From Squalus acanthias (lineage: Eukaryota): DNA of 64,000 nucleotides. Of this stretch, positions 36,588 through 49,817 are shown piece by piece. The DNA is taken from NCBI GenBank assembly GCA_030390025.1, contig CM059431.1:125118001-125182000 (forward strand). Reading direction: 5' to 3'. The translations under genes were made by a program, and so were the position numbers. The notes beneath the pieces are model-generated. The model worked only from the letters and a program-made list of their open reading frames with translations, did no database searches and was not told the DNA's origin. Every line of letters begins with the position of its first letter. Position 1 is the first letter of the stretch.

Positions 36588-37675
36588 GCCGGAATATTAA
36601 AAGTGCGGCTGGTTATGAGCAGGGGGGCTAGAAAGCGATCGGGTATCCCGGAAGAGCAGGTTTCCCGCAGGCCCTGCCAAACTTAACGGCAGAGCCTGAT
36701 TTGCATTTCTAACCTCTGTTTCTCACCCGCAGCCAGCCGGATGGAGAGGCTGGGGGATTGTCACGAGCCGCAGCAACATCAGGGGAGCGGGGGGTGGTCA
36801 GGCGTTGCAGCAAGGCGGGGCCAGGGGTTGGTCGGGGCCACAGCAGCATCGGGGGGGTGGAGGGGGAAGGATCAGGGCCGCAGCATGTGGAGTGGAGGAG
36901 AATCGGGGCCAGAGGAGCATCGGTGGGAAAGGATCGGGGCCGCAGCATCAGGAGTGGGGGAGAATCGGGGCCAGAGGAGCATCGGGGGGGAGGATCGGGG
37001 CCGCAGCATCAGGAGTGGGGGAGAATCGGGGCCAGAGGAGCATCGGGGGGGAGGATCGGGGCCGCAGCATCAGGAGTGGGGGAGAATCGGGGCCAGAGGA
37101 GCATCGGGGGGGAAGGATCGGGGCCGCAGCATCAGGAGTGGGGGAGAATCGGGGCCAGAGGAGCATCGGGGGGGAAGGATCGGGGCCGCAGCATCAGGAG
37201 TAAGGGGGAGAATCGGGGCCAGAGGAGTATCGGGGGTGGGGGGGTGGGAAGGATCGGGGCCGCAGCATCGGGGCTAGAGTTGGGAGTCCATGAAGGCGAT
37301 CGGAGATCTTGGGTGGGGGGAATCAGTGGTTTTGTTGGGGGTCTCCGATTGTGGGGGGGTGGCTGAGGTAGGGACGCTGGATCCAGCAGTCCTCGCCTTA
37401 CTTTAGTTGGCGGGTTCTCCGAGGCCTGAGAAACCCGACCAGACACAGTTATATTTGAAATGCTTGTTAAATCTGAGGCACGCCAGCCTGATTATAATAT
37501 TTGAATGGACGACCCACCTCCTGGGAGCAGGTTGGCTGCCCGTCCCCTGTCCTGCCTCCTTTAAACCGGAAGTGGGCGGGTTGGAGGCGGGTTGGGGCCG
37601 AGATTCATTTCCTTAACACTTCAACCTCCCACCCGACACCAATCCACCTGTTTTTTGGGATTAAAATTCCCTCCA
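36588..37675. mobile_element. Non-autonomous TIR element carrying a G-rich minisatellite; relatives at ~30520-30960 and ~38033-39480
   Basis: Shared blocks in inverted orientation, e.g. 37370-37410 vs 38735-38785 and 37565-37600 vs 38100-38130. Confidence 0.6.
36869..37272. repeat. ~62-bp G-rich minisatellite, ~6.5 copies
   Basis: GGATCGGGGCCGCAGCATCAGGAGTGGGGGAGAATCGGGGCCAGAGGAGCATCG(n)A repeated. Confidence 0.93.
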
Positions 37676-38173
37676 ATGAAATGTGTCGAGAATGTCAACT
37701 TGATGGATTGATGAGCCCAGCGAATATTTGAGGAAAAAAGCAATTATCAACGTAGTTTACATGAGTAAGAATTTTTTTTGCGGCAAGGTAATCAAATACT
37801 CAATATTAATTAATATCAATATGAAAAAGGGCCAACAGGAAAAGCCTCTTTTTGATTTCCCCCCCGCGTGTACATATTTGTGATGGGAAGGAAGGGCTGC
37901 TCCCGCTGTACCTCTTGTGCCCATTGTGCCACGATTGCCAACTATCCAAGATGTCTCAGAGCTGGTGATTTTCTGGACTCCACTTAGTCAATTTTATCAT
38001 CTGTCAATCCTTGAGTTGTTTTTATTTGGATTTGGGAAATTTTAACCTAAAAAACAGGTGAGTTGGGGGCGTGTGGGAAGTTAAAGTGTAAAAAATCTGA
38101 AACCCGACCTGGACCCGCCCACTTCCGCTTTTAACAGATGCGGGACAGGGGGTGGGCAGCCAATCCACTGCCA

Positions 38174-38645
38174 GGGTACGGTAGCATAGTGGTTATGTTA
38201 CTGGACTAGTAATCCAGTAGGCCAGGACTAATGATCCAGAGACACGAGTTTAATTCCCACCACAGCAACTGGAAAATTTAAATTCAGTTAATGAAATAAA
38301 TCTGGAATTAAAAAGAAAAGGCTGGTATCAGTAATGGTGACCATGAAACTACTGGATTGTCGTAAAAACCCATCTGGTTCACTATTGTCCTTTTGGGAAG
38401 GAAATCTGCTGTCCTTACCCGGTCTGGCCTATATGTGACTCCAGATCCACAACAATGTGGTTGATTCTTAACTGCCCTCTTAGCTTCAAGCCACTCAGTT
38501 ATACCAAACCACTACAAAGAAGAATACTAAGACTGCAGTGGTTCAAGAAGGCGGCTCACCACCACCTTCTCAAGGGCAATTAGGGATGGGCAATTAATGC
38601 TGGCCTTGCCAGCAACGCCCACATCCCATGAATGAATAAAAAAAA
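38174..38645 (+). mobile_element. tRNA-derived SINE, full length, inserted in a MITE
   Basis: A-box TAGCATAGTGG (~38182), B-box-like GAGTTTAATTCCC (~38246), LINE-derived tail and A-rich end; minus-strand fragment at ~63800-64000. Confidence 0.8.
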
Positions 38646-41600
38646 GGAGGCAGGTTGAATATTTAAATATTATAACGAGGCTGGAAGCCTCTGCTTTAAC
38701 CTCCATTTTGTATTTAATTTTAGCTGGCGAGAACTGCTGGATCCAGAAGGCAAGTGCCTTTACACTTACCTCCTGGATCCAGGGTCCCTGCCTAACCCAC
38801 CCACGATTGGAGAACCCCCACGTGGCCTCCGATTCCCCCCCAACCCCCAGCCTCCGATTTCCCCCCCTCCAGGCCTCCGATCCCCTCCAGGCCTCCGAGC
38901 CCCCCACGAGGCCTACCCCTTTGCTCCTTCACCAACCCCCCTCCCCCCACACCTGCCGCCCTCCCCGCGCTGCTCCTGGCCCCCAATCACTTCAGACTCT
39001 ACCCCCACACATGATCCTTCAGCGACCCCACCCAATCCTTCTTTGGCCGCTCCCCCCCCCCCATGCTGGTCCCGGGCTGTGATCGCTAATACACCCCCCT
39101 GCTGCTCTGGCCGCCCTGCGACCCACGATTTTCTTGGCACCCTCCACCCCCGCTCGTCCGGCCTCCCCGTGGCCCATGATCGTCTTGAGACTCCCCCTGC
39201 TCCTCCCAGCCCGCGATCGCTAATAGAACCCCCCCACCGCTTCTCCGGCCGTCCTCCCGGCCCCCACGCGATCCCTCCCTCTCTCCTCTGCCACATGGCC
39301 TACCTGCCCGAAGCCAGTCAGCCAGTCAACCTCTCAATCTGACTGGATGCGGGTGGGAAACGGAGGCTTCTCATGCAAATCAGGGGGGGCAGGGCCTGCG
39401 GGATACCCGTTCTCCTGGGGTTCCCGACTGCTTCGGCGACCACCACCCCCAACCCGCCTTCCACATTAAAATTCAGCCCACTGTTTATCTTATGCCCTTT
39501 TGCAGCTGTTCATTTCTGTGCTATCCTCTTCCACTTCGAAACACCATAATACCTTGGAATCCATACACCTTTCAGTTTGTCTCTGTTTAACTATACAATG
39601 AGTGAAACAAGTATTTTTTTTCTCCATGGTGTCTTCATAGTGCAATAGAGACCATGACAAATGTATTCCCTGAGAGGGTAAACTGTTGAATTCTATTGGA
39701 TCTTTGAGCAAAGGGCATGAAACCAGGCTTCAAGCTCACGACTTTGCTATTTCGTAAATTCTCATAGCAACCTTTTTGCTTGGTTACCAATGTTGTAACC
39801 TTTTTATTTTTACATACACTGACCGTTGCTTGCTGTGATTATTCTGCAACTAACCAAAATGTTTCTTGATGCTCCATTAGAAACTACAAAAGCTTGTTGT
39901 GCCTGGTATCTATAATGAGATTTTAATCTGCTGTTGTGAGTCATTCCCTTGTAAAGCGACATACTCCAGCACTGGATTAACACATTTTCAATATTTATAT
40001 TGGCTAAGTGGCTCGTTAGCTCCTTAAGGGGAGTTATAGGATCAACATGACTGGCAGTTACTTTTTTTGTTGCCGCTAATGACATTGCATTCTCAAGTAT
40101 CACATATCTCTAGAATATGTTATCTGTCATTTTGTTAGTGGCTCATTTAATCTGAATGTCAACTCTGTAGCTTCTTTGATAAATGATTCAATTTTTCAAA
40201 CTGAGGCAAAGACTATCCTCTTACACAATAGTTGTGACCTCGTGCATTGTACATGGCCGCTTAAGCATTCTGTTTTTTGCCAGTCATATCTCATTGACTA
40301 TACTAGGATATTCCCTGGTTGAATGCTCCATGGCAGAACAATACAGGAGGGGCACTGAGAACCCATGAAACAAACTCCTATGAAATATTTCTTTCTGCAA
40401 ATGACATTTTCACCCTAAAATACCAGACCTATTTTACAAAGGGAATAGAGTACCGATCTTGAAATTTTAACAGCCAGGAAATTGCTGTTGGTGATGTTCT
40501 GATATGAATGCTTAAAAAGCTTATATTAAATTCCTTTCTCCATTGTTTTAACTGAGGTGCTAAGTCATTTGAAATACATAGATTATTGCTTCTTTTAAAG
40601 TAGCTCACATATATTGTGTTCAAACGATAACATCACCAACAATCAATCCTAACCTTACATTTTCATTACAATTTAATCAGACTGTCAGATCTGTACAGCT
40701 CCTTTTAATATTCTGTTTAAGTGCTATACTCTCTGATGCTACCCTTGAGAAATGTTGTATTACATTCAGTTCATTGTATCCTATGTTATCTCTTCCACAG
40801 AAATGTTAATTGTTGTCATTTACCGCAAAGTAACTTCTGGAAGTCAATTCACTTCCATAAATGTTTAATGGACACAGAAGTGATGAATGTGTTTTTTTTG
40901 TGTGTGTGACCAAACCAGGGAAGGAACATGGTGGAGCTGAAGGATGGTGTCTAGGGAAAGGAAGAGTTCCAACAGGATACCAAGGTTTTTGGACAAAGCA
41001 ATGGAGTGGTCAGTGGAGCAATTTCAGGAGAGGAGGAAGGTCCTCTTCCTCTCAGATGTCCGTGGGTGGCAAAGAAAGTTGACGAATATGCATAGTGAGA
41101 GGTGGCACCACATCTGAATGCAAGCAACCCTTTCTCCAGGACATGGCTGCCGTACAGAAAAAAATGTAATGATCTCATCAGAGGTGCCAATGACATGCTC
41201 TCCATCACATCTTGCATTCTTTCTGTACAGCCTCACAAGACCCCACCTTTGCCTCTGCCCAATAGATTCTTCTCTTTCTCGCTTCCTTTGGTTGTTCACA
41301 AGTCAGCAGGGAAGAATTTGCTGCACCCCCTTTCTGCTTTCACTCACACCCTCAAAAGCCGTTGCTGCCCTCACAACCCTTTGGCCACATTGGCTGTTCC
41401 TTCCTGTTACCATGCACATGGCAAGTTGGGTCATACATGGCAAGGTTTGAGAACCCGTGACCATGGCACATCTGAACCCACTTCCACTCTTCTTGCAGGA
41501 CAAGCTTGCGCATAACAGGAGGGAAACAAACAGTATTGGAAGAAGTCCTGCAAACACTCACCCCATTTGAAGAGTCCATAATGGAAAGACACACAGCAGT

Positions 41601-42754
41601 CAGCATCGAAGATGGTGCTGGAGGTCTGTCACAGCTGGGTTTGTCAGTATTATCCCTTTCTTTTCTCTTTATATTTAACTCTTTCAGGCACACACTCACT
41701 AACCTACCGAACAGCATAACATGGGATGACACAGTGCTGCCAGCGATCTGGCAGTTACTTGTCATCAAAACTACCTCCTATCCTTTGTCCCTCTCCCCTT
41801 TTTTCTAGGTTAATTAGAAGACTTGGACGCTGGTGCCAGACAGACTGACAATGAAAACCTTGTTGATGATACACCATCACTTTCTCTTACAATCCAAGCA
41901 CCAACACAGAAATCGGCATCCCAATGTCATAGGTATGAAGTTTGAGAAGACTGCACTGGGGGATTCACTGAGTATAATCAAGCAGGAGCAGATGCAGGAA
42001 GCAAGGCATGCCAAGGGAAGAGGTAACCAGAGAGCCATTTCATGTCCTAGTTCTGCTGAAGAGAGCAGAGAGGCAGACTTCAGTGGCCCTCCATTTGTAT
42101 TTTAAAATATGAATGTTGTACACCAGCAATTGCTAAAGGCATGGGACTGCCTGCCAGGGAGTGTCCAAAACATATCAGGTATTATGATGGAATCCAATAC
42201 CTGCTTTATGGGACACTCTACACTCAACCATGGATGTGCAGTCACCTTAATGAACATTGCAGGAGGCTGACAACAATAGTAGTATCTCTCAAGGATACTT
42301 ATACTAGAGTCATGCAGGCTCTGGGCTCAATCATCTCCTTTGCCTTGGACAGCCTGGGAGATCAAATGGATAGGGGCTTCACGAGGAGTATTTGGGGGAG
42401 AAATTCGGTGTCGCCCCATTTGGGGCGTAATTATCGGCCGGGCGCAAAGTTTAGCGCCTGACGCTAATTATCGCCTCCGACTGCAAACTTGGCCTCTATC
42501 GCCCCTGGAGGTGATTGGAACGCTAAATCAGGCGCTACACACCTTTCTTAAGGCGCTAACGCTGAGGAGCAAGATGCTACCTCAGAGCGTTGGCGAAGCT
42601 CAGGTGATGTCAGTTAGCAATGGAACACAGACAGACTGGCACTGGCCAGTTCTTAAAGGCGAGGGGCGATCTTGCTCTCCAGCCACACCCTGCTCATTGC
42701 AGCCTTGAATCTCGGCCTGGAGAGACCTGTACATCAATTCTGCTGGAAAGAACA

Positions 42755-44511
42755 ATGGAGAGGCCCAGGGAAAGAGCTCAGCGTTTCAGCGACCGGGCCT
42801 TGGTGGCTCTGGTTGGAGCTGTGGAGCGGCAAACGGAAGTGCTCTACCCACAGATTGGCAGGAGGCCATTGCCCTGCGAATACAGAAGAGTGTGGAGGGA
42901 GGTGGCTCAGCACGTCTCCTCCAGGAGCCTGGTGCCGACGACCCACACCCAATGTCGGAAGAAGTTCAACGACCTCACTCGGGTTGTCAGAGTGAGTGGC
43001 TGCTTTTCAATACCTCTACATCCCTCCATCTCAACTTCACTCTGTGCCCAGAGGGTTTAAAAACCCCAAATGCCCAACACTCATCCAAGACCTATGGCCA
43101 TCTCATAAAACACACACGTACATTCCACACCTCGCATGCATTAAGGACTATTCAACTATGGGAGGCACATCAGGCAAGCACATTCACTCATACGCCGTCC
43201 TTTTTCTTGCAGGCCAAGCTATCTCATAACAGGTGCCAGCAGCAGTAAACGGGTGGCGGACCGGCTGAGCTGCAGACCCTTAGCGATTTGGAGGCGCGCG
43301 TAAACAGGATCGTTGCCAGCCAGGTGATAGGTGTCGTGGCCGCTGGAGAGGTCGACCCCCTTGGGGACAGCAATGGTATGTTCATCAGCTTTCTCTCCTC
43401 TCTCATTCCACTTGCCCCCTCACAACACCAGCCTTTTACACTTTCAATCCAACTTACTAAATGTCTCCAGTCCTTGCTCCCTTACTGCCCTCCTGTCCTG
43501 ACGCTAAAGCCACACTTGTACCTCCCTGCTTTCAGATAGTGAACCACCAGCTGACCAGCCTGTCCCTCAACCAACCAGTGGCAGCGACGCCCCAGACGAG
43601 GAGGAAGAGGAAGCCGGAGCCTCACCACCTGCGTCTCCCGAGGGAGCCCGTGTCCACACTAGGACCACGCCTTCCCTGGAGGGGAACAGGGGGAAGGGTC
43701 TGATGAGGATGAAGGTCCGGGACCCAGCAGGCTGCAGCAACACCATAGGGGTAGGGTAGCTCGGGGGCCATCTCCCCGGAGGGCGAGTAGGCAAGCAAGT
43801 CCTGCTGCACTGGAGGCAGAGGAGGAGCGCGTCATCGTGGCCATGAATAGCCAGGCCTTGAGCATGCACACTGAGCTCATGGGTGCCATGGCAAGGGTGC
43901 CCGAAAGCATTGAAGGACTGGCAAGGAGTGTGGAGCACTCCGCTGCAGCACAGGCCGATGCAATGCAACGGCTTAGTGCTGCAATTCAGTCACTGGCTGC
44001 TGCCATCCAATCTCAGACTGCTCTCATGCAGGCTCAGATTGATGTAGCGCAAGCACTGACTGCTGCCATCCTCGCTGGGTCAGCCACATTGTCCCGGGGC
44101 TCTCACAGTGCCGCAGCAGGCCAGCAATCTGTGCTCGAGCAGATTGCTCCGGATGCTGAGGAACTGCCCTGTGGGAGTGCCAGTGTGTCGGTTGAGCAGG
44201 GAGTTGCTGTCCTCTCTCAGGATGACAGCATTCCTGCTCCCACCACTGTCACGTCCCCATTGCACTTGCCACCACCTGTAGCCCAGACTGCTGCCGCCCA
44301 TGCAGAGTTGGTGCAGTCTGCAGCCGGGGCCTCCAGGCCCAGAGCTGGTCAAGGGTGTCCTTCAAGGGCATCTGTAGTCTCAGCATCTGACATTCAGCAG
44401 CCTTCCACCAGCCTTGCTGCAGCCACTGGGGCCCCATTACGGAGGAGCAGTAGGGTGGGAAGGGGGGAAGTGTGCAAGGGATGGAGATCACCCTCGAAGG
44501 GCAAACAGTAG
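42755..44511 (+). pseudogene. Harbinger Myb/SANT gene, exons 42755-42991, 43213-43375, 43536-44511
   Basis: MERPRERAQRFSDRALVALV..VWREVA..THTQCRKKFNDLTR; GT-AG introns; TAA at 43246 and a frameshift in exon 3. Confidence 0.88.
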
Positions 44512-44823
44512 GAGGTCTAAATAAATGGTGGGCATGTTTGTAGTAAAGGTCGAGGTTCGTGTGATTACATTTGTTTACTGTTTTGGCGTTTATCTCCAGC
44601 TTGTGAGAACCAGTTCTGTTAATTCATGATTTGTTGTGTTTGTTTCTAATTGTTTGTCCTGAATAAATGACACACACAGAGTTTGTTAAAGAAAAAAGTT
44701 ATTGTATTCAAAATTTATATTTTTGGCCTTTGGAATCATTCCAGCTTTGGCTGGCAATAGGGGGTGCGGGTTGCTTTCCATGATGTTGTTCTCCATGCCA
44801 GAAGCCTTCTTCTGAGTAGGGGC

Positions 44824-45968
44824 CTAGAAGCGGCTTGTTATCAGCCATTGACGGACAGCCCTTGCAGTGGCAACATTGTGCACCTCCCTCCCACGTTGGT
44901 GCTGCTGCTGATCATCCTCCTCCTCCTCCTCCTCCTCAGGTGGTGCACCAATCCCTGGTGGCATTGGCTGGGTCCTCAGGAATGCCAGGTTGTGAGGCAT
45001 GCAGCACATAACTATGAAGAGGGAGCCTCGCTCAGAAGAGTACTGCAGGGCTCCTCCTGAGTGGTCCAGACAGCGGAACTGTTGCTTGAGCACGCCGATC
45101 GTCTGCTCAATTATATTCCTGGTGGCGATATGGCTCTCATTATACCGCAGCTCAGAAGGGGTGCTGGGGTTACGGAGCGGTGTCATCAGCCAGGTGCAGA
45201 GTGGATAACCCTTGCTACCGAGGAGCCAACCACTTGGGTGATGCGGTGCCTTGAAAAGGTCTGGCACACAAGTCTGGCGCAGGATGAAAGCATCGTGGCT
45301 GCTGCCAGGATAGCGGGCATTGACGGCGAGTATGAGCTGTCTGTGGTCACAGACCAACTGCACATTTAAGGAGTGGTAGCCCTTGCGGTTTCAGAATACC
45401 TCTGCATTTTCATGCAGTGTCCGCAATGCCACATGCATGCAGTCAATGGCGCCCTGCACCATGGGGAAGCCCGCTATCCTAGCAAAGCCACATGCGCGTT
45501 CATGCTGTTTGGCCCGGGTCATGGGGAAAGAGATGTACTGGCATCTCCTTTTATACAGGGCATTTGTCACCTCCCGGATACAGCAATGGACAGCGAACTG
45601 GGAGATATTGGCGATGTCCCCAGTAGATGCTTGAAAGGATCCGCTGGCATAAAATTTCAGAGCCACTGTCACCTTCACTGCCACCAACAGAGATGTCCTG
45701 GTCCTCAGTTGAGGCTGTAGATCTGGCTGCAGCAGGTTGCAGAGCTCAGTAACCACCTCCTTGCTGAAGCGCAGCCTGCATAAGCACTGTTCCTCAGACA
45801 AATGAAGGTATGAGAATTGCTCCCGGAATACCCTGGGAGGGTAAGGTCTCCTGTGCAAAGGCCTGTTGGCCCTCCTCCCTCTGGCCATGTTTGCCACTTT
45901 CTCTCTACATCTCTGACGCCTCTGATTCTGCTGTGCAGAATGATGCCCCGAATCAGTACAGCCCCCAT
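44824..45968 (-). pseudogene. HARBI1-type DDE transposase
   Basis: [58 protein letters not shown]; early frameshift and in-frame TGA at 45391-45393. Confidence 0.92.
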
Positions 45969-46725
45969 TGTCTCTTCTAAATCGATGCAAGGAAGGTCAA
46001 ATCAAAATGAATCTGCAAAGTGCTGCTCAGTACCCAAAACTCCTTCACACAGCGTTGAATCTCTCCAGAAGTCTCTCTCTCTCTCTCAGAATGCGTGGTG
46101 CAAAAATGTCGCCGAAAAAAAAGGCAGGAAGCGGCCGCCTTTAAATAGCGCCCCCCCCCCAGTCGCTTCCCGACTGCAAAACTTTCCCCTCTACCTGTCA
46201 TTGCTAGCGGCAGGCGGAAAGGCAGGGGGCGCGACTCAATATCCGGTCCGGGGCGCTACCAGGGCGTTGCACGCTCGACTGACGTCACGATCTGCGGGCG
46301 CAGGAGATCGTGGTGGTAGTGTTTAGTGCCGCCGCAAAATGTCTGGTCAATTTCGCGAATGGTGCAAACATCACCGCACCCAGGCTGTAGTTGCTTTGCG
46401 CCCCGTTAGCGCCCTCTTAGGGCGGTAACAAGGCGCTAATAAACCAAATTTTTCCCCCTTTATCTCTTAGACTCTGCTCTTCCACATATCAGTAGGAGTG
46501 CTGAGCTACAGACCCTTAGCAGGGACAGTAGTACAATGGGAATGGAAAATTATGCAATTTCTCATGATGACAACTCTTTCTGTATACTTGCAACCCCCTG
46601 AACCAATGACTGCCCTGGTCCAGAAGGCAAGTTGGGCCTGACCTCCCCAGATGTTGTTGTAGTCTGCAGCTTGGCCCTCTCAAGCCCAAGTTTCTTGTGA
46701 TCAATAACCACAAGTATCTCATGAA

Positions 46726-48290
46726 TAAGAACATAAGAACATAAGAAATAGGAGCAGGAGTAGGCCAATCGGCCCCTCGAGCCTGCTCCGCCATTCAATA
46801 AGATCATGGCTGATCTGATCCTAACCGCCAATCTACTATCTATCACAGAACCATCTCCTGCATCTAACAGAATTGCACACACGAAATAGGAGCAGAATCA
46901 GGCTACACAGTCCCTGGGCCCGCTCCACTACCCACAGGGCCATGACCGATCCGAACCTAGACTCATGTCCAAATTCCTGCCCGCTCCCCGTAACCCTTAA
47001 TGCCCTTTACTTCTAGGAAACTGTCTATTTCTGTTTTAAATTTAATTAATGTTGTAGCTTCTACAGCTTTTTGTGGCAGCATATTCCATGGACCTACCAC
47101 CCTCTGAGTGAAGTAGTTCCTCCTCATCTCAGTTTTGAAAGAGCAGCCCCTTATTCTAAGACTATGTCCCCTAGTTCTCGTCTCACCCGTCATCGGGAAC
47201 ATCCTCCCCGCATCCACCCGATCCAACCCCTTCACAATCTTATATGTTTCAATAAGATCGCCTCTCATTCTTCTGAACTCCAATGAGTAGAGTCCCAATC
47301 TACCCAACCTCTCCTCATATGACCACCCCCTCATCCCCGGGATTAACCGAGTGAACCTTTTTTGCACTGCCTCGAGAGCAAGGATGTCTTTCCTTAAGTA
47401 AGGACACCAAAACTGTATGCAGTATTCCAGGTGCGGTCTCACCAATACCTTGTACAACTGAAGCAATACCTCCCTATTTTTATATTCTATCCCCCTAGCA
47501 ATGAAAGCCAACATTCCATTTGCCTTCTTAATCACTTGCTGCACCTGCATACTAACCTTTTGAGTTTCGTGCACCAGGACCCCCAGATCCCTTTGCACTT
47601 CAGTACTCTCCAGTTTCTTGCCATTAAGATAATAAATTGCTCTAGGATTTTTCCTGCCAAAGTGCATCACCTCACACTTTCCAGTGTTGTATTCCATCTG
47701 CCAAATCTCTGCCCACTTACTTAGCCTGTCTATGTCCCCTTGCAGGTTTTTTATGTCCTCCTCATTCACTACTTTCCCTCCCATCTTTGTATCATCTGCA
47801 AATTTTGATATGTTACACTTGGTCCCTTCCTCCAAATCGTTAATATAGATTGTGAAGAGTTGGGGACCCAGCACTGACCCCTGTGGAACACCACTAGTTA
47901 CTGATTGCCAGTCTGAGAATGAACCATTTATCCCAACTCTTTGCTTTCTGTTAGATAGCCAATCCTCTATCCATGCCAGAATATTACCCCCAATTCCGTG
48001 ATTTTTTACCTTAAGCAATAATCTTTTGTGTGGCACCTTGTCAAATGCCTTTTGGAAGTCTAAATACACTACGTCCACTGGTTCCCCTTTATCCACTCTA
48101 TATGTTACTTCCTCAAAGAACTCCAGCAAATTTGTCAAACATGACTTCCCCTTCGTAAAACCATGCTGACTTTGTCCTATTAAATTATGATTATCCAAAT
48201 GTCCTGTTACTGTTTCCTTAATAATGGACTCCAAAATTTTACCTACCACAGATGTTAGGCTAACCGGTCTATAGTTACCAGCCTTTGCGT
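46726..48290 (-). mobile_element. Young 5'-truncated CR1 with ~440 uninterrupted codons of ORF2 (RT)
   Basis: ORF 48297-46963: NYRPVSLTSVVGK..DFQKAFDKVPH..GVPQGSVLGP..KFADDTK; CTTATGTT tail at ~46730. Confidence 0.95.
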
Positions 48291-48411
48291 GAGCCACAGC
48301 AGCCTACCTCCTCCCATTTTACAGCCACTAGGAAAACATCTTGTCGAAACACTAGAATAGCACTTCAAATAGGCATTAACAACTCACATCAGGGTAAGAA
48401 ATAGTATAAAG

Positions 48412-49817
48412 CTTTGGACTCCACCACCTCTCCATTACACAAAGAGTGCCATAACATCGCCCATCTCCACCCCTGCCTCGCCTTATCTGCTGTTGAAAGA
48501 CTCATCCATACATTTGTTCACTCCAGAATTGACTATTTCAATACTCTCCTAGCTGGCCTTCCATCTTCCACTTTCCATAAACTTGAGTTCATCCAAAACT
48601 ATGCAAACCATATCTTAATCTGCACCTCATTCCATTCAACCACCAATGCCTCAAATTTTAAATTTTAAATTTAATGGCCCAGAAATTCGGGTCCCCACGG
48701 GTGAGTACGCGCTGTATACTCACCCGTAGGGCTACCGGAAGTGCCGGTTTCACACATGCACTGCGCATGCACGGAAAACCGGAACTTCCGGTCTCTTGAA
48801 GGAAGGGGTTCGTGGGTCAACCGCGTGTGCGGAAAAGGCAGCGCGTACGCATCGAACTTCCGCTTTTTTTTACAGGTTTCTCTGTGCGGGTAAGTCCCTA
48901 GCAGCTGCGCGTGGAAAAAGCAGGCGCAAGGCCTGCTTTTAACAAGGTAAGAGGTGAATTAAGTAAAATTGAAACATTTTTTCCACAGGTTTATCATTTT
49001 TAAATACTTTAAAGAAAGGTAAGTTTAGTTTTAGCCCCGTTAAAAACTTTAATACATTTTTTCAAAAATTTAAATTTTTGTTTAAAATAGTTAATTTAAG
49101 TAATTTATAGTTATTTAAAAAATGTGATTTTTTTAAAAAAATTTGAAGTTTTACTTAGGTTTTGGGGCCGATCTCTATTCATAGATTTGACAGGTCTTCC
49201 TGTCAAATCTATGAACGGAGATTCCCTGCTCTGATTGGCTCCCCATGGACCATGTGATCCCAGGGGACGGTGCGAACTAGTTGCGCCACTGGGATACGCG
49301 AGCACTGCACACCGGCAGCTGGAGGAGCCCAGGATCGGAATCCCACGCACAATGGCAGGCGCGCTATGTAAGTGCACCCCCTATGCTTGCACCCGCGGGA
49401 AGCCACCGACCCGAATTTCTGGGCCAATATTCTCATCCTCATGTTGAAATCTCTCCATGACTTAGCCCATCCCTATCGCTGTAACCATCTCCAGCCCTCC
49501 AACCCTCCAAGAACTCTGCATTCATCCAACTCAGGCTACTTGTGCATCCCCCACTCCCTTCACCCACTACTGGTAGCCGTGCCTTCAACTATCTAGGCCC
49601 TGTGCTCTGGAATTTCCTCCCAGACCTCTCTGCTTCTTTACCTCTCTTTCCACCTTTGAGACGCTCCTTAAAACTTAATTCTTTGACCAAACTTTTAGTC
49701 ACCATCCTAATATCTCCTTTGGGCCAGTTCAATTTTTGTCTGATTATGTTCCTGTGAAGTGGCCTTCAAACTTTTTACTAAGTTAAAGGAACTATATAAA
49801 TGCAAGTTGTTGTTGTT
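48412..49817 (+). mobile_element. L2 3' fragment interrupted by a MITE
   Basis: LIHTFVHSRIDYFNTLLAGLP..LEFIQN; ILILMLKSLH after the MITE; GTT tail. Confidence 0.82.
48676..49425. mobile_element. Harbinger-type MITE, perfect 18-bp TIR, AAT TSD
   Basis: GGCCCAGAAATTCGGGTC ... GACCCGAATTTCTGGGCC, flanked by AAT on both sides. Confidence 0.92.

Larger units (their letters stand above)
42394..46458. mobile_element. Structurally complete PIF/Harbinger transposon (4065 bp)
   Basis: TIRs GGGGGAGAAATTCGGT and ACCAAATTTTTCCCCC; TTT TSD; convergent Myb/SANT and transposase genes. Confidence 0.95.

Noticed and set aside
36709..37446. Repetitive Gly/Arg-rich ORFs and a CRISPR-like appearance
   Set aside because: Tandem minisatellite without unique spacers; no cas genes; eukaryotic context
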